From assembly GCA_002633005.1 (NCBI GenBank), contig NMRA01000605.1, positions 66,185 through 130,184 of the forward strand: a stretch of 64,000 nucleotides of DNA, read 5' to 3'. The translations under genes were made by a program, and so were the position numbers. Shown piece by piece: positions 47,301 through 59,300 of the stretch; the stretch's first letter is position 1, and every line of letters begins with the position of its first letter. The stretch comes from Phoronis australis. Its lineage: Eukaryota > Animalia > Phoronida. The notes below the pieces were generated by a model. The model saw only the letters and a program-made list of their open reading frames with translations. It had not been told where the DNA came from and searched no databases.

Positions 47301-50300
47301 NNNNNNNNNNNNNNNNNNNNNNNNNNNNNNNNNNNNNNNNNNNNNNNNNNNNNNNNNNNNNNNNNNNNNNNNNNNNNNNNNNNNNNNNNNNNNNNNNNNN
47401 NNNNNNNNNNNNNNNNNNNNNNNNNNNNNNNNNNNNNNNNNNNNNNNNNNNNNNNNNNNNNNNNNNNNNNNNNNNNNNNNNNNNNNNNNNNNNNNNNNNN
47501 NNNNNNNNNNNNNTCAACCACTGCATCCTTTTTCACATAAACACCAAACATTACCCACAGCTAAGAGATCCAACCATCATTTGTCTGACCTTTCACTAAA
47601 TACTGTTACAGTAATTCCACACTTATTTAGCACACAATATGGCCAACAAGAGACATTATGTTTTGCTAAATTTCTCCACAAAAATAGAAATTAAGAACAT
47701 TTTAGTCTATTAAAAGCACGGATTGTAGTGTTTAGATGTCATAAAACAACATTTGATGAAACTCATCTTATATACAAAAAGGTAATAGCCTTTTGAAATG
47801 TGGAAAGATAACCATTATCCAAGTATTTTTGGGCAACATAATTAGAGAAATACCGTACATCTGCAGAAACCTTACCTGCTCGCGTCTCATCAGCACACGC
47901 CACTGCTCCTTTGTCGTGTGCGTCAGGATCTTCATCTCACCTATGCCACGGTCCTTCCACTGCTTGGCCGAGCTGTCATAGCGAAACAACTTGGCACGTT
48001 CACAGAACAGCGCCACCTCTTCCTCCTCACCACTCTGAACAGCCACAGCTTCCGGCAGCTCGACAATTGGCGTGAAATAAACATCCGCTTCATAACTAGT
48101 TTCATGCGGTCCCTCGTCATCTTCATTGTTGACCTCAGCACTTACAGTTGTGGGGATAGTGGGCTGGCTAAATGAGAATCCTGACGTGCCAGTAGTTGAT
48201 GAGCTGACCAGTGAAAAACCAGCAAATGGCTTGGGGGCCTCATTCTTAGGTTCAGAATCTCCTTCTACCACTGTAGTCGTTGACACGTCTGGTTTGGACG
48301 CAAATGAAAAGCCACTAAAGACATTGGTAGAGGCAGGTTTGTCAGCTGAGCTAGCTTTACTGCTTTCACCCATTGTGAAAGAAAAGTTGAAGCCAGATGG
48401 GACAAACTTTGGAGGAGAGATGGGAGTCTGGCTGTTGGAAATTGCAGCTGCCGTCGTGGTCAGTTGTGAACTAGTTGATTCAACAACAGGTGGCGTGGAT
48501 GCAGGCACAGTAGATAACCCACTGAAGACGAACCCTCCTTTTGGTGCAAAACTGACTTGTCCTATGGGCTCTAAAATTAACAAGAAATCTGTATGTAATG
48601 GAAAGGCTATGCTCACATATTTATTTTGTTTGCTAATTTTAGATTTTAATTATTTGTCACTAATTCTAGGATCTTTAAGACTGACATTTCTGATTACTCA
48701 ACAGCCAATTATCGCGCCTCAAATAGTCACAGGTTTGCCAATGGTTATTTTATGCCGGTTAAAAGCACAAACTACGTAAAGCACAATTATTGTTTCCACT
48801 TATTGTTTGACAAAAATAATGGTCTACCTCTCAGCCATATTGTGCTCTACAGACGTGAAGAATTTCTACAGGCAGATTACTCTAGACTGTCTAGCAAAAC
48901 AGTGTTACTCCAGATATCCACATCATGAATACAGTCATGTTGGCCTTGCTCAGTTCGCGATTTCATGAATTGCACAATTTATATAAACAGAGCTGTGCAT
49001 GGCTAAAATGGGATTCTGGTGAAAACAAAACATGTTTCACTGATCCCAGCATAACAAATTCACGGCTGCCTAATCCATCGTAATGAGAACAGTGCCTATG
49101 TTGGTTAAATCAGCATCTTAAGCTCAAGGAACCAGCGAATCAGATTCATTCAATATTGTACAATGCAAAAATATACTATAACACACATGGTTTGAATGTA
49201 AATTAGCATTTCAAGCAAAAAAAACATAGCAATAGAGGACAAAGTGTAAATAAACAAAATGTGGTAAGTCAAATCATATTTAAAAATTACAGTAGCAATG
49301 CAGCAGCGATGAAGAGCACCCACAAATGAACTGCAAATGGCGTGCTTCTTAGGGTTGTTTATTTGTATCATAAAAATAGCCACAAGATGGCACAAAATAT
49401 GTCGAATCCATCCGAAAACAGGAACATGACACAAAGGAAAATGGAAAAAATGAAATTGCCACTAGGGGCAAAGGGTTCATCGGATCCGTCTGAAAGTCGC
49501 CGTCCGTTGTTAACTTCATATAAATACACTTACTACTAAAAATCTTGCAGTGTCCTCCGTTGAGGACCTTTGAAAATACAGAGGCAAACGTAAAAAATAA
49601 AATTGCCACTAGGGGGACACCGGTAGTCAGATCCTTCTGGAAGTTGTCATCGTCAACTTCACATAAATACACTTGCTAAATTTAGCATAGATCCTGCAGA
49701 GGGTTCAGGAGATACAGCCAGGGGCTCAAAACAAAACAAAAATACCACTAGGATTCGCCACAGTAGTCGAAGTTGTCGGAAAATCATCGTCACCATCCTC
49801 TTCATAGTAAGAACACACATGTATTTTCACAATCGCCCTAAGAGTGGTTTCGTAAAGTAAAGAAATTGCCACTAGGGGACACACTGGAAGCCGAATCCGT
49901 ACGAAAGTTCGCTAATGTCGCCCATCCATAAAAGGAACACATGCAAAATTTCATGAACATACGTCAAAGATTGGAGATAGAGCAGCGAAAGCCAGACAGA
50001 CGTCGGATGGATGGGGATGACGGGATAATGCGTCCAGATATAAACATGTGGGCACATAAAAATGAGGGTATACTCTCTGCTGGTTTGGCTTCATCTGGGT
50101 GACCAGGTTTTGTAGTCTTACATGTAGCACAGCTAGTGACATCTCCAGTGCTGTAGATCAAAAAAGAACATTCCCACTCACTTTCAGCTGGTTTGAACTG
50201 ATCCAGATTCGTCACGGCTGATGCAGTGTCCTCCTTCACATTGGTGGTTGAGTCAGGTTTGGGAGAGAATGTGAACCCATGGGAGGATGCGGTTTTCCCA

Positions 50301-53300
50301 AATATTGATGTACCTACGGAAGGTGACAAAATACAAATTAATGTACCTATGGAGGGTGACAAAATAGAGACAGGCTTACAGAAGACAACAAAATATAGAC
50401 ATACCTATGAAAGGTGACAAAAATAGGGGTACATAACGTCAACAAAATATTGATGTACCTACACAGAGCAGCAAAATATATATGTACCTTCTGAGGGTGA
50501 CAAAATAACAGAACAAACTGAACGGCCGAAACAGTCTATGTCTCAAAAATCCCACTAGCCAGAGATGTTATCACACAAACATTTTTGTTACAATTCTATA
50601 TTTTTGAAAATCGATCATTTAGTATTGTATAGGGCAAAAATAAGTATAACACCTGTCTTGGGATTGTTACTACAAGTTTTGAGTGCAAATAAGCATTTCA
50701 AGCAAAAATATACAACAAGAGAGCACAGAGTGTAAAAACACAAAACTGTCGGCCAAATAGCACAAATATACAACAATAGAGCACAGAGTGTAAAAACACA
50801 AAACTGTCGGACAAATAGCATAAAAATTAAAGTAAGGATACACTCTCCACTGGCTAATGGTTTCATGTGCACGACCAGGTTTCGCATTCTGACAAGCAGC
50901 ATAGCTAGTGGCATTTTCAGAGTTGTAGACCAAACACACAAAACTTTCCCACTCACCCTCAGCTGGTTTGAACTGATCCAAGCTGGTTTCAGCTGATGCA
51001 AGGGTGGGGATAGTGGGCTGGCTAAATGAGAATCCTGACGTGCCAGTAATTGATGAGCTGACCAGTGAAAAACCAGCAAATGGCTTGGGGGCCTCATTCT
51101 TAGGTTCAGAATCTCCTTCTCCCACTGTACTCGTTGACACGTCTGGTTTGGACGCAAATGAAAAGCCACTAAAGACATTGGTAGAGGCAGGTTTGTCAGC
51201 TGAGCTAGCTTTACTGCTTTCACCGATTGTGAAAGAAAAGTTGAAGCCAGATGGGACAAACTTCGGAGGAGAGAAAGGAGTCTGGCTGTTGGACATTGCA
51301 GCTGCTGTCGTGGTCAGTTGTGAACTAGTTGATTCAACAACAGGTGGCTTGGATGCAGGCACAGTAGATAACCCACTGAAGACGAACCCTCCTTTTGGGT
51401 CAAAACTGACTTGTCCTATGGGCTCTAAAATTAACAAGAAACCTGTATGTACTGGAAAGGCTATGCTCACATATTTATTTTGTTTGCTAAATTTAGATTT
51501 TAATTATTTGTCAGTAATTCTAGGATCTTTAAGACTGACATTTCTGATTACTCAACAGCCAATTATCGCGCCTCAAATAGTCACAAGTTTGCTAACGGTT
51601 ATTTTATGCCAGTTAAAAGCACAAACTATATAAAGCACAATTACTGTTTCCACTTATTGTTTGACAAAAATAATGGTCTACCTCTCTGCCATATTGTGCT
51701 TTACAGACGTGAAGAATTTGTGCAGGCAGATTACTCTAGACTGTCTAGCAAAACAGTGTTACTCCAGATAACCACATCACGAATACAGTCATGTTGGCCT
51801 TACTCAGTTCGCGAATGCATGAATTGCACAATTTATATAAACAGAGCTGTGCATGGCTAAAATGGGATTCAAGGCAAAAATCTACTATAATATCAGTTTT
51901 GCGATTGTTACAGGGTTTGAACGTAAATTAGCATTTCAAGTAAAAAAAAACAAAGCAATAGAGGTCAAAGTGTAAATAAACAAAATAAGGCTAGTCAAAT
52001 CATATTAAAAAATTACAGTAGCAATGCAGAGCGATGAAGTGCACCCAAAAATGAACTGCAAATGGCATGCTTCTAGGGTTGTTTATTTGTATCATAAAAA
52101 TAGCCACAAGATGGCACAAAATATGTCGAATCCATCCGAAAACAGGAACATGCCACAAAGGAATATGGAAAAAATGAAATTGCCACTAGGGGCACAGCGT
52201 TCATCGAATCCGTCTGAAAGTCGTCTACTGTAGTTAACTTCATATAAATACACTAACTACTAAAAATCTTGCAGCGTCCTCCGTTGAGGACCTTTGAAAA
52301 TACAGAGGCAAACGTAAAAAATAAAATTGCCACTAGGGGGGACACCAGAAGTCAGATCCTTCTGGAAGTCGTCATTGTCAACTGCACATAAATACACTTG
52401 CTAAGTTTAGCATAGATCCTGCAGAGGGTTTAGGAGATACAGCCATGGGCGCAAAACAAAACAAAAATGCCACTAGGATTCGCCACAGTAGTCGAAGTCG
52501 TCGGAAAATCATCGTCACCATCCTCTTCATAGTAAGAACACACGTGTATTGTCACAATCACCCTAAAAGTGGTTTCGTAAAGTAAAGAAATTGCCACTAG
52601 GGGACACACTGGAAGCCGAATCCGTACGAAAGTTCGTTAATGTCGCCCATCCATAAAAGGAACACATGCAAAATTTCATGAACATACGTCAAAGATTGGA
52701 GATAGAGCAGCGAAAGCCAGACAGACGTCGGATGGATGGGGATGACGGGATAATGCGTCCAGATATAAATATGTGGGCACATAAAAATGAGGGTATACTC
52801 TCTGCTGGTTTGGCTTCATCTGGGTGACCACGTTTCGTAGTTTTACATGTAGCACAGCTAGTGACATCTTCAGTGTTGTAGATCAAAAAACGAACATTCC
52901 CACTCACTCTCAGCTGGTTTGAACTGATCCAGATTCGTCACGGCTGATGCAGTGTTCTCCTTCACAATGGTGGTTGAGTCAGGTTTGGGAGAGAATGTGA
53001 ACCCATGAGAGGATGTGGTTTTCCCAACTATTGATGTACCTATGGAAGGTGGAAAAATACAAATGTACCTATGGAGGGTGACAAAATAGTGACAGGCTTA
53101 CAGAAGGCAACAAAATATAGACATACCTATGAAAGGTGACAAAAACTAGGAGTACATAATGTAACAAAATATTGATGTACCTACACAGAGCAGCAAAATA
53201 TATATGTACCTTCTGAGGGTGACAAAATAACAGAACAAACTCAAAGGCCGAAACAGTCTATGTCTCAAAAATCCCACTAGCCAGAGATGTTATCACACAA

Positions 53301-56300
53301 ACATTTTTGTTACAATTCTATATTTGTTCCTGAGTTACTGACAAGCATTTTGAAGGTGTCCTTCCCTTGATACCCACAATGAAATCTGCCTCTGAATAGG
53401 CAAAAGAAAATAGCATAATTACCTAATGTGTTTTTTTGAAAATCAATCATTTAGTATCGTATAGTGCAAAAATAAATATAACACTGCAGTGTCCTCCTTT
53501 GCAATGGTGGTTGAGTCAGGAATTGGACAGAACGTGAATCCAGAACAGGATGCAGGTGCCCCAAATATAGGTGTACCTATGGAGGGTGACAAAATACAGA
53601 TATGCCTATGGAGGGTGACAAAATATTGATTAACTACCAAGAGCAACAGAATATAAACGTATCTACAAAAGAATAACAAATTATAGATGTACCTAAGGAG
53701 GGCCAAAAAATATAGATCTACCTCCGGAGAGCAAAAAAATAGATAAAACAATGGAGGGTGACAAAAATAGATGTACCCATGGTGAGTTACAAAATAAATT
53801 CGTACCTACAGAAGACAATAAAATAACAGAACAGACTAAATGGCTATAATAGACTGTCTGTCAAAATCTCACTGGCCAGAGATGTTATCACACAGAAAAA
53901 GTCATCTGATGCACGCTGAGCTGGGATTCTTTTTTCTTCCCAATTATAAGCTGATGACAGTTGAAATGGTTAATGATCCTTGAGTTCACATCTTGTGCAG
54001 ACCACGACCAATTCACTATTTTTTACTTTAGAGTCAGATTAAAATTTCCATAGCAACTTGCAATTGAATGCGACATTCTAGACTTATTAGTATACACAAC
54101 CATATAAACAAATAAAAGTAATCAAAAATTAGAAAAAATATAGACCTTATTATGTAATTTCAGCCAAAAACGAGTGATATTCATGTTGGATTGCTGCAAC
54201 TGGGTCAACAAATTTCCCAGCTAATGTATACAGGATCAGTCCACTAGTGGCAGGAGGGGTTACCGCAAGTAAAACAAGTAGTTAAAGTGTATTTTGGAGA
54301 AGTTTAATAAAACAAAGTCCTGCAGATTACAAAATACACATTAGTGGCTGACTTTTGTTCACAATAATTCAAAATTTTACGCTAGTACAAATAATTTTGA
54401 AAAAAAATGACAATCACTCATCCCTATCCAAGTCAACTGACACTGACTGCAGAGCAACGATTTCCTCGACTTCTCACCGAGTGATTCAGCCTACCGAAGA
54501 TTGTTCTCTCTTGAAGCAATACTCAGCTGCTTGCACCCCAATCCACTGGCTTTGCAGGTATAAGACATTGTTCTGCGATTAAGCTAATCCAGACTGTTTT
54601 CTTCAAGTTCTGCTTGTTCCAGTCTAACGTAACCGTATTCACGATGGGTCGATCATGAAACTCATCTGGCGACTCGTTGCTGCCGTCAGACGACTCGTCG
54701 CTGTCACGAAATTCCTCCTTGTCCCCATCCATTAATGTGCTCTTCGACGAGTTCAGTTCATTCTCGCTGATCTTGATTCAGCAGTCAGCAACAAGAGTTA
54801 ATCACTGAGATATCAGCTACACGGCGATCAGCCATCTTATTGTCTTGTAAATATGCCTTGACCTCGTGACCACACAGTTTCACGCCCACTTAACTAGTTC
54901 TAGCGAATGAGGTCAGTGATGTATTAGGTTAAAAGGTTGTTGCTAGCAAAAAGACTGGTGAGTGGAACTTCTTTGGAATTTATCCCAATGCAAAAAAGTG
55001 AAATTACAACTAATGATTGGACGAAAAACTCAAAGAGCTTACTACATATATAATGAGCAGAGATTGACCTTTCTGTTGATGTGTTTACGAGCGAATTGGG
55101 TCATCGGTTGACTGAGCAATTGGGTCACAAAAACCGGAAAATTTTGATGAAAATTTCACAAGCTATCCAGTCGTGGAGAAGGTGATATTGTTTTTTAAAA
55201 TGAAATAAGGTTTAAAATGAAGTTTGCTTGTTTTAAAGCAATGTTTTGTGAAGTAAAATGAATAAATAATCATAATCTGCCATAAAAAGTTTTGACCTAA
55301 TTTTCACCGAAAGCTACTGTTTGCAGTCTGGTCAGGAAATAGAGTTTCCGACTTAAAGACATAGTTTCACACCAAAACAACTGCTTTTCAACTCAAAGAA
55401 TAGCATTGCAGGAGCCCGTTACTTGGGCTAGTTACTGTCCGCACAGCGTGATTAATTAGATAATCCCAGCAGTAATGACCTTCTCCGACTTCAGCCGAGT
55501 CAATTCTGAAAACAGACTAGGCGGTTACATGAGCGTCTGTGATGTCGAGTCCGGAAGACATCTGTGTTGTAGGAATGAACTCGGCTGGTAAACCGCAGTC
55601 ACACAAGGCAGAAACCAACATGGATTATGAAAGCTTTAGCGACGAGTCTTCCAACGACGAGGAAATTTTAGAAAATCTTTTGTGACGATAAAGCGTCGGA
55701 CACAGACAATACGATGCACAACGACCATCGTGAGCATGTTCTTGACAACATAAACGGGCACTGCAGGTTCGAACCAGTGCCTGCAAGTGTCCCGGTCGCT
55801 TTGGATGAAGAGACAGCGTCGGATCCCGAAGACAATGACAGCACAACTTCAGACGTTTTATCATGTTAGGTAAATGGAAAACACAAACAATGCTGCGAGT
55901 TTGAATGCAAATGTTTATTTTCGATTTATTTATAATACTTCAAGTTAAATAAAAAGCAATTTCAAACATCGGGACTGGTAGACGGATAAACTGCGATATG
56001 CAAGACTATTTGCCGTTTTGTCCTACGTTTCTTGATTTGCGTAGGTTGAAAGCAAGGTGGGATAAGTTTTGTTGTAGATTATGGATTGTAATTTGTATTT
56101 TATAACAAAAGCTTATTTTTGATTTTATATCTATTTTAAGTAATTACTGAACAGAGAGGGGGTCGCAACCATTAAAAGTCACCCGCACTCGAATTAATTT
56201 AATCCCCATAATGTTTATTTAATTGCAAAAATACAACAGGTAAGTAGCATTCAAGCAACTACACACAATTATGTTGCAAAAATCGTAATTCAAAAGAAAA

Positions 56301-59300
56301 GCGGCTTCTGACAGTGTCCTTCGATGTTATACGCAGTCCGGCATTGTTCTTCAAATTTTTAATCGAGTTGAAGTATAAAAATGTGTTTAATGTCGAAATA
56401 AGTATTCCAATTGGCACACAACAACAGTGATACGTCGTGTGTAGACAGACAGTGCGAAAGACGTGCGGCTGTACTCGAACACTTTATTGAGGACTCATTG
56501 CTAACTACTGTGAAATGTTTATGGCAACGCACAAGACCATGTGCATATGTGACACATTTCAGAGAATTAATTGGCAAAAGTTGCATAATAAACCGATTCT
56601 AACAAACAGAAAGCTTCCATTTGTGCCAGATAGTCCCAGTACAAACCTATGGACAGACTCTGCAGTGATCAGGTCCGCTTCCGGACGTGACGTGATTCCA
56701 AAGATAGCCGAAGTTGAAAATTTTCTGTTCTCGAAATTTTGTGGGGAAGTGGGAGCGTGTTTTACACAAATAATTGAAGAATATGGGGTATGAAATAAAA
56801 AGAAATTTAATGTGGTTTATAAGCAATCTTTATTAACAGTCAGCACATGTGACTGTATACATAATAACTACTAACAACTAAATAGCTGCGAATCAACCTC
56901 TTTAAGACTCATTTTGTCGTGCTAGGTCACATTTATGTTATCATGTTTGTCTTAAAATTCTACACTATAGCTGACTGGTGTTAATATACGTTATACCGGA
57001 GTAAATATATATCACTGACAGGAGATTGACATTGGTTAACATCTGGCCACCATATTTATTCATCTAACTTACCTGTAGCCGATGTTGGCGCAGAAACTAA
57101 CGTGTACACTGGTGATGATGGAGTGCCAAATGAAAAGCCTGAAAATGAAAGCATGAATCCTTTAGACACAACACCACAACTCTATCACCTTGTATTAGTA
57201 AAATCAGTGGACAAGAGATCAAAGTGTCTGATAGAGGACTTAAACTGGAACTAGCAGATGGCTTCCAAACAGACACAAGATCGATGAAATAATAATGTAT
57301 CACCAACAGTAACAACTCACCTGTTGCTGAGCTGGTGGAGGCTTCCTGCTCGCTTGACTTGTCATCAGACACCTGTGCAGGTGGTTTAAAGGAGAACCCT
57401 CCGACGGAGGAAGAGCCAAATGTGAAACCACCACCGGGATTCATGGAAAAGGCTCCTGTAAACAGTAAAGTTTTCTCACAAATCAGCTAAAAACTCATTT
57501 GATCACTGCCGAACAAAGTTTGCCTAGTAAAGTGACAACTAGGCATTTGATTTTTGACTTCATACCAATTTTATGCATTTTCATTTTTTCATCAAAATCA
57601 TAAAGGCCTATTTTATGGTAACCCCCGTGCAAAAGTGGAATTTTTTAAAAACAATTCCTTAAAGAGTTTTGTTTGTTGAACAGTGCACAAAGCATGGTAT
57701 ATGAAAGTTTCATATGAATCTAATCAGCAATTTCAGATATGATGTGAAATTTGAGAAATTTGGCTATATTTTGAGAATCCTAGAAAACCATCAGGCTAAA
57801 GATTTGAGATTAAAGTTGAAATTTCAAGTTCCAACCAAAGTTTATAGCTCAATTGTACCTGTCATCAAGCACAACATGGATTACAAGCTCAAGCACATAT
57901 TTCGAAACCTTTACTTACCACAAATAATTTAAAAGTAAACCTGTTTGCAACTGCTAATAAGCGATGCCAACTCTTCCCACCCTAGTCCCTTACCTGCTCC
58001 TGTAGTGGGTGTAGTCTTTGAGTCAGCTGGTGTAAAGCCTGGCTTCACAGTCTCACATGCAGGGCAGCGTGTCACTTCCTCTCTATTGACAATATAACAT
58101 CCATCACAGGTCCAGCTATTGGCTGGAGGCTTGAACTTTGCCATGAAGTCATCCACTGGTTTACTCTCAGCAGCTGCTACAGTGAAAGGACAGAAATGTG
58201 GCTTTGAATAGAGAAATTAGAATTACTCTCAAGCATTCTTCAGGGGCTTATTTTGTGAAAATTTTCCTCTGGGCTTTGACCAACAGAATAACTTCAGGGA
58301 AATTGTGTTACCTTTGTTTAATAAGAATTTTCACTACCAAAACTAAGACCGAAACTGTTCTTAGCAAAGACCGAAATTTAGCTGACTATTGACCATGTTT
58401 AGGACCTGATGTTTGGTCAAAATGACAAAAATATATTATCATGTCCGATGTCACTATTTACAAAACATTTACAGTCTGTTGGTCAGACATAGTTAATCAA
58501 ATTTGAAGAGTGCCTGTACCCACTCAAAAGGCGGACACCTCCATAGGTGGCACCACATGTTCAAAACTGAGCAACTGAGAAAATGGGTACTATGGGTAAT
58601 ACCAAATGAAAAACTCTACTGGAAATGACACCAAGTTAAACTAATGGTACCAGACAATTCCTCTAAACCCAAATACCTAATTGCAGACAATACCACAATG
58701 CCAAAACAGCGACCCCCCAGAAGATGGCAAAATACACACCAACCCCTGGAAGCCCCCTGAGGCAGCTAAACAACCAAATTTGCTGCTTTCCGGCACTTTT
58801 GAGCAGATACTACTTCCCCAGCAGTACCTTCTCTAGTAAACTGGATTCTCCCCCATTACCATGGCTCCCCTGTTGTAAACAGACGCCCATTTGACATTTG
58901 TCACTCATCACACCCCAGTCCACTTACCCGCTTCACGAGCAGCAGGAGTAGAGCCTGGCTTCACTGTGTTACATGCAGGACACTGAGCCACTTCAGCAGC
59001 ATTCACAATATAACACCCAGTACAGGTCCAACTATCAGCTGGAGGCTTGAACTTTGACATGAGATCATCCATAGGCTTACTCTCAGCAGCGACTACAGTG
59101 GTTGTGTCTGGAACAGGCTCTGATGGTTTTGTGGGTGACACTTGTTTAGCCTTCTCAACCATTTTATCTACCTGTAAACAATGAGGCAAAGGTTACGATA
59201 AATGGATAATGTACACCAGAGTATCTTGTTGAAAACATTAACAGAACATTGAAGCAGGAATTTTCAATTCCTTTCCAGACCTCTGGTTTGCTGTTATAGA

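Noticed and set aside
46360-47551. Long ORFs of 356-388 aa
   Set aside because: Artefacts of the N-gap.
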